From NCBI GenBank assembly GCA_041746255.1, contig JBGTHM010000056.1, positions 1 to 29,227 of the forward strand: DNA of 29,227 nt, read 5' to 3'. Within the stretch, counting starts at the first letter, position 1. Every line of letters begins with the position of its first letter. This document shows positions 9,506 through 18,323 of this stretch, in pieces. The notes beneath the pieces are model-generated. The model had not been told where the DNA came from. It saw only the letters and a list, made by a program, of their open reading frames with translations, and searched no databases. This DNA is from Fibrobacteria bacterium. Lineage in GTDB: Bacteria; Fibrobacterota; Fibrobacteria; UBA11236. Made by a program: the position numbers and the translations under genes.

Positions 9506-10324
9506 ATGAAACCCCGCGTTTGCGTCATCACCGGCTACGGCATCAACTCCGACTACGAACTGGAACATTGTTTCGCTTTGGCGGGAGGCGACGCCCGCCG
9601 CGTGCATATCAACGATCTCATTTCCGGAACCGTTAGACTCGCCGATTTCGATATCCTGGCCGTGCCGGGCGGCTTCTCTTTCGGCGACCATATCGCCAGT
9701 GGACGCGTATTCGCCAACAAACTCAAACGTTTTCTCGGCGACGAACTGCAAACCGCGGTGCAAAAAGGCGTGCCCATCATCGGCATATGCAATGGTTTTC
9801 AGGTGTTGATCAAATTGGGGCTCCTTCCAGGCCCCGACGCGAAAGCCCCCGGCGAAACCCAAGACGGCGCCACCGCCGCGGGCGCCCTGCGTCAAACCAG
9901 CACGCTCACCTTCAACGACTCCGGCCGTTTCGAAGACCGCTGGTGCCATCTCAAGGCCGTAACCCAATCCCCCTGCATCTGGACGCGCGGCATCGACATG
10001 ACCTATTTACCCGTGCGCCACGGCGAAGGAAAATTCGTCCCCGCCGACGAAGCGGAATTACAACGCCTGCGCGACAACGGGATGATTTGCCTACGCTACG
10101 CCACCGCTACCGGGGGCCGTCCCGACTTCCCCGCCAATCCCAACGGATCGGTGGACGATGTGGCGGGTATCTGCAACGAAAGCGGCTTGGTGTTCGGATT
10201 GATGCCGCATCCGGAAGCCCATATGCATGCCACCAATCACCCGCAATGGCTGCGGTTGGGATTACGCGGCGAAGGCGAAGGCCTTAGGTTTTTCCGGAAT
10301 GCGGTGGATTTTGTAGGGAAATAG
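9506..10324 (+). CDS. purQ: Phosphoribosylformylglycinamidine synthase glutaminase subunit
   Basis: PGGFSFGD, GICNGFQ, HGEG, NPNGS, GLMPHPE; starts 5 nt after the purL stop. Confidence 0.96.
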   Translation: MKPRVCVITGYGINSDYELEHCFALAGGDARRVHINDLISGTVRLADFDILAVPGGFSFGDHIASGRVFANKLKRFLGDELQTAVQKGVPIIGICNGFQVLIKLGLLPGPDAKAPGETQDGATAAGALRQTSTLTFNDSGRFEDRWCHLKAVTQSPCIWTRGIDMTYLPVRHGEGKFVPADEAELQRLRDNGMICLRYATATGGRPDFPANPNGSVDDVAGICNESGLVFGLMPHPEAHMHATNHPQWLRLGLRGEGEGLRFFRNAVDFVGK

Positions 10325-10375
10325 CATTTGCTTAGAGGGGGATTGAATTGTTCCCACTTTTAACATTGCTGCGGA

Positions 10376-10544
10376 CCGGGTCCACTCGCGGGGGAAATTT
10401 TTCCGGCACGCTCCGCCCATTCCACTTTGCGATTCGGTTGTCGTCGCAACTCGCCCGCTACGCGGGCTCAGACAGGCTCCGACAACCTACGCAAAGCGGG
10501 GGCTTCGCTGACGCCTACAAAATTCCCCCCGCGAGTGGACCCGG
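10376..10544. repeat. 169-bp nested inverted-repeat element (MITE/REPIN-like or structured RNA)
   Basis: Outer arms 10376-10400 and 10520-10544 (24/25); inner CCACTTTGCG/CGCAAAGCGG and GGTTGTCG/CGACAACC; apical GCCCGC-TAC-GCGGGC. Confidence 0.8.
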
Positions 10545-10598
10545 CTCTCTGCTTGGAGGTGGCTCTATCGTTGTGCGGACCCGGCGGATAAGATTGGG

Positions 10599-11207
10599 TT
10601 AGGCCCGGCGAAGATCGGGCTCTACGCCCATTTCCCTGCCGAGTATGTCCGTCAGTTCTTGCAAGGTGGCTTTGAACACGTCGTTTTCTACCGTGTATTC
10701 ATACTTACCGCGCGATTCGGCGAATTCCAATTCCTGGGCGGCGTTTTTAAGGCGTAAAGCGATGGCTTCTTCGGGATCGGAGGAGCGCGTACGCAGGCGC
10801 TCTTCCAAAACTTTGAGACTGGGTGGTTTGATAAGGATACCTACGGCATCGGGATAGACCCTGTCGAAGTTCACCTTGCCGTAAACGTCTAGATCCAGAA
10901 TCACCGAATGGCCGGCGGCCAAAGCCCTATCGATGGGTTCTTTGGGTGTTCCGTAAAAATTGCCGTGAACCTCGTTATACTCCACCAACTCGCCATGCTC
11001 AATCATGTCGTGAAATTGTTCCGGCGTCTTGAAAAAATAATGGATGCCGTCCAACTCGCCTGGACGCGGTAGACGGGTGGTCGCGGATACGGAATATTTG
11101 AGATTGGAAAAGCGGCTCATCAGCGCGTCTTTCAAGGAGCTCTTACCCGCTCCCGACGGCGCTGAGAAAACGATCAACCGTCCGGGACGGACGGATTCAC
11201 CGACCAT
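10599..11207 (-). CDS. gmk: Guanylate kinase
   Basis: SAPSGAGKS P-loop, YSVSATTRLPRPGE.DG.HYFF, VHGNFYGT, PPSL..LEERL. Confidence 0.97.
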   Translation of the reverse strand: MVGESVRPGRLIVFSAPSGAGKSSLKDALMSRFSNLKYSVSATTRLPRPGELDGIHYFFKTPEQFHDMIEHGELVEYNEVHGNFYGTPKEPIDRALAAGHSVILDLDVYGKVNFDRVYPDAVGILIKPPSLKVLEERLRTRSSDPEEAIALRLKNAAQELEFAESRGKYEYTVENDVFKATLQELTDILGREMGVEPDLRRA

Positions 11208-11490
11208 GGGTTTTGTTATCCTCGCGCAACTTTTCCAAGAAAGGAATGTTCAGCAACAGCTCATTGCGTTGGTTCTGCTCCTTTTCACGCGCATCCGCCT
11301 GGTTCTTGGCCAAGGCGGTTTGGTTGTTATGGCGTTTCGCGAGCACGATTTCCATTTGGACCATCTCTTCCAGTCGGTTGACCGCATATTCGAGCGTGGC
11401 GATGGTTCGGATGATGAGCATATAGGATCCGAGCAAGGTGAAAGCCAGCAGGATTGCGAAGAATAGCTGCAATTTCAAATCGATACTCAT
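11197..11490 (-). CDS. Hypothetical single-pass membrane protein with coiled coil (97 aa)
   Basis: GGAGG RBS before ATG 11490; N-terminal TM segment; helical C-terminus; overlaps the gmk start by 11 bp. Confidence 0.75.
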   Translation of the reverse strand: MSIDLKLQLFFAILLAFTLLGSYMLIIRTIATLEYAVNRLEEMVQMEIVLAKRHNNQTALAKNQADAREKEQNQRNELLLNIPFLEKLREDNKTHGR

Positions 11491-11683
11491 GACAAACCCT
11501 CCGGCCAACCGCCGTTCCGGGGCGCATAACCCAACCGGCTCAAGCCGGAATCAGGCTGGAAGTTAATAAATATCCCCGGGAACCGAACCTTTCCATTATA
11601 CCCCAAAGTTGTCCGGGCTTTCACCCCAAGATGAATGCCGGTTTCCCCTATTCGGGAAGCCCATGGCTTGGTACCTTTAGCCT

Positions 11684-12556
11684 ATGCTTTTCCAAAACCT
11701 GGACGAATCCCTTTTAACGGATGCCCTGCGCGTAAAATACCGACAGCTGTGCGACATCCTGCTCTCGCTGGAATCCGCGGCCATAGGGTTTTCCGGAGGT
11801 GTCGATTCGGCCCTTTTATCGGCAGTGGCCGCGCGGGTCCTGGGCGGCAAGGCAATCGCCTGCTTGGCCGTCAGCCCTTCTTTGGCCAGGCGCGAGTATG
11901 CCGGTGCGGTCGCTACCGCGCGTGAACTCGGACTAAGACTGGAAGTCTACGCGGCCACCGAATTCACCAATCCCGATTATGTTCGCAACGATGCCCGCCG
12001 CTGCTTCCACTGCAAGGCCGATTTGTTTAAACATCTGCGGGTTTTTGCCCAAGCGCATGGGCTTCGACATTTACTCTATGGCGGCAACGTCGACGATTTG
12101 CAGGATTACCGACCCGGCCATGACGCCGCGCACGCCGCCGAGGCACGCGCACCTTTGGCCGAAGCGGGTTTGGGTAAAAATGAAATCCGGGAATTGGCAC
12201 GGCTATTGGGAATTTCCGTGCATCAAAAACCGGCCTCCCCCTGTCTCAGTAGCCGTATTCCCTATGGAAGCGCCGTCACTCCCGAAAAATTGGCCGCCGT
12301 AGAAGCGGGCGAAGAAGTTTTGCAGGATATCGGTTTCAGCGTTTCCCGGGTCCGGCATGAAGGGGATACCGCCCGCATCGAAGTTCCGGTGTCCGAGATT
12401 CCCCTATTCGCGCAAAGCCCAACCACCGATCGGCTGGTAACAACATTGAAACGTCACGGTTTCAAGCACATCGTAATCGACCTGGAGGGGTTTCGCACCG
12501 GAAACCTGAACGCGAGACTGCCCGAAGCCCGGGCCGCCGCTTCAGTCGGAGAGTAG
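11684..12556 (+). CDS. larE: ATP-dependent sulfur transferase LarE family (PP-loop)
   Basis: FSGGVDS, RCFHCK, DDLQDYRPG, KPASPCLSSRIPYG, RVRH..ARIEV, DLEGFRTG. Confidence 0.9.
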   Translation: MLFQNLDESLLTDALRVKYRQLCDILLSLESAAIGFSGGVDSALLSAVAARVLGGKAIACLAVSPSLARREYAGAVATARELGLRLEVYAATEFTNPDYVRNDARRCFHCKADLFKHLRVFAQAHGLRHLLYGGNVDDLQDYRPGHDAAHAAEARAPLAEAGLGKNEIRELARLLGISVHQKPASPCLSSRIPYGSAVTPEKLAAVEAGEEVLQDIGFSVSRVRHEGDTARIEVPVSEIPLFAQSPTTDRLVTTLKRHGFKHIVIDLEGFRTGNLNARLPEARAAASVGE

Positions 12557-13120
12557 CACCCAGCTGGAGAGGTTCGAGCCATGGGAGCGATGTTCGGCGC
12601 GGTAAACTCCGGCTGCCATTTTCTGACCGGAACGGTTGCGGCCGTCCCAAAGAATAGCGTCGCTATTTCCCATGGGGCGCAGTTGGCGTACTTCTTCACC
12701 CTCTTGATTGACGACGACCAAAATACCGGGTTCCACGCCTTCAGGAAGCACAAAGCGAATGATTCCCGGACCCGGTAATTTACGCCAGGCCAAACTTTCC
12801 CGGGTCGGGTTCTCAGAAGAGGCATTACCCTTTTCCGCTCCAGCCGTGGGACGATGCATTAAAGCGGCGTTCAGCGCAAAGGAGTTGTTTCCCAACGAGG
12901 CCAACCGATTGCCCGAGATTTCGTTCAGAATCTGGGGAGGAGAACCCGTAACCTTCAAGATACTCCCTTCTTTGAAGGAGGTCGGTGTCACACCCGCATC
13001 GGAAAAGGCTAATTCCCATGCTAGGGGAGGCACAAAATCGTTCTCGCGGGATTGGGCATCAACTGTCAGTGCGAAAGAAACCAGGGCGACAATGGCAACG
13101 AAGGGTTTAGGCTGGGTCAT
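12542..13120 (-). CDS. Secreted protein with C-terminal FlgD-Ig-like (T9SS-type sorting) domain
   Basis: Signal peptide (..ALTVDA/Q); C-terminal VVNQEGEEVRQL..ILWDGRNRSGQKMAAGVY. Confidence 0.75.
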   Translation of the reverse strand: MTQPKPFVAIVALVSFALTVDAQSRENDFVPPLAWELAFSDAGVTPTSFKEGSILKVTGSPPQILNEISGNRLASLGNNSFALNAALMHRPTAGAEKGNASSENPTRESLAWRKLPGPGIIRFVLPEGVEPGILVVVNQEGEEVRQLRPMGNSDAILWDGRNRSGQKMAAGVYRAEHRSHGSNLSSWVLLSD

Positions 13121-13337
13121 GGCGGCCTCTCGTAATGGATTTGGTCACCGGGGCTTGACATCCCGCTTTTCCCACCGGGTCAAAGGGCGCAAGCGCGGCT
13201 GCCATAAGCTTACGGCCCGGTGGAAAAAAATGGAAGCCATTCCTATAAGCACAATTTGAGAAGTTATAAGGTTTCCAGGGGGTTTTTGAGAATTCAAACG
13301 GCGGATACCAGACCGCTGTTTCTCTGCTGAAAATCGT

Positions 13338-14489
13338 CTAGAAAGCCGCGCGGTAAACGGACAGGAGGTATTCGCGCGTTACCGGTACGGCATTGCCGGT
13401 ATGGCAGGTATCCGCGAAGGCCGCGTGGCTCAAATCCTCCAAATCGCCCTCGGGAACCCCATGGTTCCGAAGCCCGAAACGGATGCCCAGGGACGTGAAA
13501 AACCCCGTCAGGGTTTGCGAGAGCAACTCCCTATCCAGTCCGGCTTCCATGAACAACAGCATCACTTTGTCGATTTTAAACTGAGCGGTTTCGGGAAGGT
13601 CCATCCGTTCCAGAAAGGCCATGGAAGCGGGTAAAAGCAAGGCATTGGCCAAGCCGTGATGGGTATTGTACCGAGCCGAAAGCGGGTGCGCCAGGGAATG
13701 CACCATCCCCAGCCCTTTTTGAAAGGCGGTGGCGCCCATAGCGGCCGCCATTTGCATATGTCCCCGCGCCTCCAAATCTCCGCCATTCTTATAAGCGACA
13801 GGAAGATTACGCAAAATGAGCCGGATACCTTCGAGAGCGATGCCGTCGGCCATGGGGTGATAGCTGGGCGTGAAATAGGCTTCCAGGCAATGGGTCAAAG
13901 CGTCGATACCCGTAGCCGCCGTAAGCGCCGGAGGTAACTTCGCGGTTAAAACTGGTTCCAGCACGGCCCAATCGGGAATGAGGCGCGGATGGAAAAAAAT
14001 GGTTTTGGTTTGCGTGGCGCGTAAAACGATTACACCGGAACGCCCCACTTCGCTGCCGGTTCCCGCCGTGGTCGGAATGGCGGCCAGGGGCGGCATGGGA
14101 TTTACGATGAGGCCGTATCCTCTTTGCGCATCGTCATAACGCGCCAAGGGCCCTGCATGCGCCACCATCAACTTGATGACTTTCGCCGCGTCCAATGCGC
14201 TGCCTCCCCCCAAAGCCAACAAACAGTCGCATTGCGATGCCTTATACGCCGCCACGCCTTTTTCGACATCCTCTTCCAAGGGGTTGGGATGAACTTCGGA
14301 GAAAAGCGTGACCTTCAGGCCCGCTTCCGTCGCCGCCGTTTCCACCCGGCCCACCAAATCCGTAGCCAATAGCCCGGGATCGGTAACCAGCAAGGGACGG
14401 GAAAGCCCGCGGTTCCGCATTTCGGCCAGCGCCGCCGCCAAAGCTCCGTTTCCGAAAAGAATGGCCGTGGGAAAATGGAATCTTTGCAT
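13338..14489 (-). CDS. Iron-containing alcohol dehydrogenase
   Basis: LGGGSALD, IPTTAGTGSE, DALTHCLE, HSLAH, HHGLAN. Confidence 0.95.
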   Translation of the reverse strand: MQRFHFPTAILFGNGALAAALAEMRNRGLSRPLLVTDPGLLATDLVGRVETAATEAGLKVTLFSEVHPNPLEEDVEKGVAAYKASQCDCLLALGGGSALDAAKVIKLMVAHAGPLARYDDAQRGYGLIVNPMPPLAAIPTTAGTGSEVGRSGVIVLRATQTKTIFFHPRLIPDWAVLEPVLTAKLPPALTAATGIDALTHCLEAYFTPSYHPMADGIALEGIRLILRNLPVAYKNGGDLEARGHMQMAAAMGATAFQKGLGMVHSLAHPLSARYNTHHGLANALLLPASMAFLERMDLPETAQFKIDKVMLLFMEAGLDRELLSQTLTGFFTSLGIRFGLRNHGVPEGDLEDLSHAAFADTCHTGNAVPVTREYLLSVYRAAF

Positions 14490-14505
14490 CGGCTCTCCCG
14501 CGGGT

Positions 14506-15912
14506 TTAAATGATTTCGAAATAACGTTTCAATTGCCAATCATTGATGCTGCGTTCGTATTCGCGCACTTCCCACTCGCGGGTGCCGGCGAAATGCTCCA
14601 CGAATTCGCCACCGAACATTTCCACCGCTTCCGCCGATTCGCGAAAGGGAGCGATAGCCTGCCGCAAGTTACTGGGAAGCCGATGCGCTTCGGAACCGCT
14701 GTCGTCATAGGCGCAGCCCGTAACCGGATCGCCGGGATCCAATTTACGCTCGATTCCCAATAGGCCCGCAGCCAGGCAAGCCGACGCCACCAAATAGGGA
14801 TTTGCATCGGCGCCGGGCAGACGGTACTCGAGGCGTTGCGATTTTTCACTTCCGGGAATGACTCGCAAGGCCGTAGTGCGATTCTCCACGCCCCAAGTAA
14901 GCGAAGTCGGGGCCCAGGCGCCTTTGACCAGTCTTGTGTAGCTGTTTACCGTGGGCGCGCTCATCGCCAGAAAAGGCCTTAGGTATTGTCGCAAGCCCGC
15001 CAGATAATGTTCCATGGATTTACTCATTCCAAATCGGCCCGCCTTGTCATAAAAAACGCTGCGCCCCGTCTTGGCTTCAACCAGCGATTGATGCACATGA
15101 CCGCCGAGACCCGGATAATCCATGGACCACTTGGCCATAAAGGTCGCCATCAATCCGCGTTTCTGGAAAAAAGTCTTGGTGAAGGTTTTGAACACCGCCG
15201 CTTTATCGGGCGCCTTCACGCCCAAATCGGATCCCAGCGCGCCTTCCCAAACCCCCGGTCCCGTTTCGCAATGCAGGCCTTCGAGGGGGCAATCCATCGC
15301 CAGGCAATAATCCATGAAGGCGTTGAAAAGGTCGGAGTTGACGGAATTACGGATTATGGAATAACCGAAGTTACCCGGCGTAAAGGGGCGCAAGTCCTGG
15401 TAATGCTTGGCACGCACCGACTCGGGAGTTTCATTGAAAACGAAAAATTCGTATTCGAATCCCATGCGCACGAAAAACCCCATATCCTGGGCGCGTTTAA
15501 GCAAGCGTTGGTAGAGGCTGCGCGGGCATAAGGGATGCGAAGATCCATCCGCAGTTTTAAAATCGGCGAGAAAAAGCGGCAGGTTGTTCTCATCCGGTAT
15601 GCGCCTTTCACTGGCCCGGTCGATACGGAACAAGGCGTCGGGATAGGCCGTATGCCAGCCGGTGAATTTCGCGTTATCGTATAATTTATCATCGACGTCC
15701 CACCCCAGCACGCAATCACAAAAACACCCCATGCTGTCGGCCAGCGACCGGAATTTATCCAACGAGAGATACTTGCCGCGCATCACTCCGTCCATATCGG
15801 TAATGGCCAACTTGACGCGATGGATGCCATTGTTGGTGTATTCGGTGACGAGATCTTCTATTTCCATTTCGACGTCGGGAACTCCCGGGGGCGTTTTCCT
15901 GTTTTCCGGCAT
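14506..15912 (-). CDS. Glutamine synthetase-like gamma-glutamyl-amide ligase
   Basis: DMDGVMRGK, GFEYEF, HCETGPGVWE, GGHVHQSL, WGVENRT, LEYRLPGADANPY. Has CDCVLGWD instead of the GSI DGSS motif. Confidence 0.9.
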   Translation of the reverse strand: MPENRKTPPGVPDVEMEIEDLVTEYTNNGIHRVKLAITDMDGVMRGKYLSLDKFRSLADSMGCFCDCVLGWDVDDKLYDNAKFTGWHTAYPDALFRIDRASERRIPDENNLPLFLADFKTADGSSHPLCPRSLYQRLLKRAQDMGFFVRMGFEYEFFVFNETPESVRAKHYQDLRPFTPGNFGYSIIRNSVNSDLFNAFMDYCLAMDCPLEGLHCETGPGVWEGALGSDLGVKAPDKAAVFKTFTKTFFQKRGLMATFMAKWSMDYPGLGGHVHQSLVEAKTGRSVFYDKAGRFGMSKSMEHYLAGLRQYLRPFLAMSAPTVNSYTRLVKGAWAPTSLTWGVENRTTALRVIPGSEKSQRLEYRLPGADANPYLVASACLAAGLLGIERKLDPGDPVTGCAYDDSGSEAHRLPSNLRQAIAPFRESAEAVEMFGGEFVEHFAGTREWEVREYERSINDWQLKRYFEII

Positions 15913-15922
15913 GACTTGTCTC

Positions 15923-17305
15923 CTAGGCTAAACGAAAATTCAGGGCCTTGCGGCGCGTCAATGCAAGCATACCATAACGGGATAGCGCCGACCCCTTACC
16001 ACTGTCTTTGACGCCGGTCCAGGGCAGCGCGGGATCGAGGTAATCGCAGCGGTTCATGAACACGGTACCGGTTTCAGCCCCGCGCGCGAAAGCCTGGGCG
16101 CGTTTTTCATCGCGCGTATAAATAGCGCAGGTGAGGCCGTAGGCGGAGTCGTTCACCCTGCGCAAGGCCGGCTCGTCCCCGGGAACGGAGGACACGGGAA
16201 GCAGAGGGCCGAAGTTTTCCAGCTTCATGATTTCCGCCTCTTGGGGCACATCCGCCAGCAAAGTAGGAGGGAAGAAAACCGCCTTTCCCATCAAGGTCGT
16301 TTCGCCGCCGCAGAGTAAGAGAGCTCCCCGCCGCAGGGCCTCGCCGACTTGCCTTTCCATTTCGTGGGCGGAAGCGGGATCGGCCAAGGGACCCAAATTA
16401 GTGGTGGCCTCCATGGGATCGCCCAATACATAGGCGCGACACAGCGCCTCCGCATGTTTTAAAAATTCGGGATAGACTTTTTCATGCACGTAAACCCGCT
16501 CGATGCCGCAGCAGGACTGGCCGGCATTGTACATGGCCCCGTCGACCAGGCTTTCGGCGGCGGACTTCACGTCGGCGTCTTCGGCGACATAGGCCCCGTC
16601 TTTGCCTCCGAGTTCGAGATTGCAGTCGATGAAGCGCCGGGCCGCGCTGCGGTAGATTTCGTGCCCGCCGCGCACCGATCCGGTGAAGATGACATGGTCG
16701 ACGCCCGGGTTTTCGATGATGCCGGCGGTGACGGTATGGTCGGCGACGAAGGATTGCAAGATGTTTTCCAATCCGCCCAGGTTTCCGAAGGCGCGGGCGA
16801 AATGGTCTCCGATTATGGGCGTGATGCTGCTATGCTTGAGTAGTACGGTATTGCCGGTCAGTAACGCGGAAATTACCCCGTTTACGGAAATGACCAAGGG
16901 GTAATTCCAGGCCGAAATGACCAGCACCACGCCTAGTGGTTCATGCTCGATGGCGCGGTATTGGCCAGCGGGAGACGGGAGTATTTCAGGCTTGAGGGTT
17001 TCCTCGGCGACGGCGATAAGGTGGTTGGCGCGTTCGAAGAAAGTATCGATTTCGCGGCGGGCCTGCGTGATGGGTTTGCCCATATGGGCGGTGATGTCGG
17101 TCGCCACCTGTTCGCGGTGGGTTTCGAAATAGCTTAAGGCTTCGGAAAGCAGGGCGGCGCGTTTGCCGATGGGTAGCCCCCGCCAACTTACGAAGGCTTT
17201 ACCGGCGCGAGCGGTTCGGTCCGACAATTCCGTAGCGGAGAGCAGGGGATATTCGCCCAGCTTTTCGTGGGTGTAGGGGTTGACGGGTACTATGGATGCG
17301 GCCAC
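15923..17305 (-). CDS. Aldehyde dehydrogenase
   Basis: AWNYP, FTGS, LELGGKD, GQSCC, ENFGP, YGLT. GTG 17305 start chosen from the RBS; the ORF is open to 17362. Confidence 0.93.
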   Translation of the reverse strand: MAASIVPVNPYTHEKLGEYPLLSATELSDRTARAGKAFVSWRGLPIGKRAALLSEALSYFETHREQVATDITAHMGKPITQARREIDTFFERANHLIAVAEETLKPEILPSPAGQYRAIEHEPLGVVLVISAWNYPLVISVNGVISALLTGNTVLLKHSSITPIIGDHFARAFGNLGGLENILQSFVADHTVTAGIIENPGVDHVIFTGSVRGGHEIYRSAARRFIDCNLELGGKDGAYVAEDADVKSAAESLVDGAMYNAGQSCCGIERVYVHEKVYPEFLKHAEALCRAYVLGDPMEATTNLGPLADPASAHEMERQVGEALRRGALLLCGGETTLMGKAVFFPPTLLADVPQEAEIMKLENFGPLLPVSSVPGDEPALRRVNDSAYGLTCAIYTRDEKRAQAFARGAETGTVFMNRCDYLDPALPWTGVKDSGKGSALSRYGMLALTRRKALNFRLA

Positions 17306-17480
17306 TGGCTTCCCTTTCTCGCTTCCTGTTTCCCCCGAATAGCTGAATCGGAATTTCGACAAGTGATTAGGGGAGGTGCGATGGTTAGACTATTGTTCCA
17401 TAGGTTATCTGTTTGGTAAAGGTAATTTTTCGGGAACGGGCAGGGTAGCGTAATGTGTTGAAAATGGTACCTTTTAGGCC

Positions 17481-18218
17481 ATGAGCCTTGAATTGATTCT
17501 TAAGGAAGTGGATGCCCGGCAAAAGGATATCAACTCGCTTAAGCCCTTTTCCAAAAAAAATATCCGGGGCTTGAAGGATTATTTCAAAATCGGCCTTACC
17601 TATAGCAGCAATGCCTTGGAAGGAAATACGCTAACGGAAAGTGAAACCAAGGTCGTTATTGAGGAAGGAATTGCAATCGGCGGCAAACCGCTCAAAGATC
17701 ATTATGAAGCAATAGGCCATGCCGAGGCTTTCGAAAAAATTTTCGAGTTCTACCGGGAAAAAAAGCTCACCGAATCGATACTCAAAGAATTGCATCTACT
17801 TTTTTTCGGCAGAATAGATAAAGACAATGCCGGGCGCTACCGGAGCGTCAACGCCTTCATCACCGGGTCGAAGTACCCCCTTCCCAAACCCGCGGAATTG
17901 CCGAAGTTAATGAAATCGTTGACTCGGCGCGCCTCGGGTTATCGGAAGCGATTACACCCCGTCCATACCGCGGCCTTATTGCACAAAGAGTTCGTCTTTA
18001 TTCATCCCTTCATCGATGGAAACGGACGTGTTGCCCGGCTGTTCATGAATTTGACGCTTCTTCAAGAAGGTTACCTGCCCGCCATCATTCCGCCCATACT
18101 ACGCGCTGAGTACATCCGGCTATTGGAAGAAGCGCATAAACGCGACGAAGCTTTCGTGATGTTTATCGGTGAAATGATTCGAGAAACCCAAAAAGATTAT
18201 TTGCGGATATTCAGATAA
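17481..18218 (+). CDS. Fic family protein, class II (N-terminal inhibitory helix)
   Basis: HPFIDGNGRVAR catalytic motif; SNALEGN inhibitory motif. Confidence 0.95.
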   Translation: MSLELILKEVDARQKDINSLKPFSKKNIRGLKDYFKIGLTYSSNALEGNTLTESETKVVIEEGIAIGGKPLKDHYEAIGHAEAFEKIFEFYREKKLTESILKELHLLFFGRIDKDNAGRYRSVNAFITGSKYPLPKPAELPKLMKSLTRRASGYRKRLHPVHTAALLHKEFVFIHPFIDGNGRVARLFMNLTLLQEGYLPAIIPPILRAEYIRLLEEAHKRDEAFVMFIGEMIRETQKDYLRIFR

Positions 18219-18272
18219 AACCCTACCATATCGCGATTGCCGCCAGTTCTTTATTCTGACGGGCACGGATAC

Positions 18273-18310
18273 AAAAAACGAATCGTTCTGGATAAACGAT
18301 TCGTTTTATT
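18273..18310. terminator. Probable bidirectional intrinsic terminator
   Basis: AAAAAACGAATCGTT-CTGGATA-AACGATTCGTTTTATT between convergent genes. Confidence 0.75.
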
Positions 18311-18323
18311 AAAAGTTTCGGGT

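Noticed and set aside
10376..10544. 6S RNA or SRP RNA
   Set aside because: Size fits 6S, but I could not see its conserved central bubble motifs or usual gene context, nor the SRP helix-8 motif; left unassigned.
14506..15912. Assignment as housekeeping glnA
   Set aside because: It lacks the GSI ammonium-site DGSS motif and sits in a dehydrogenase operon.
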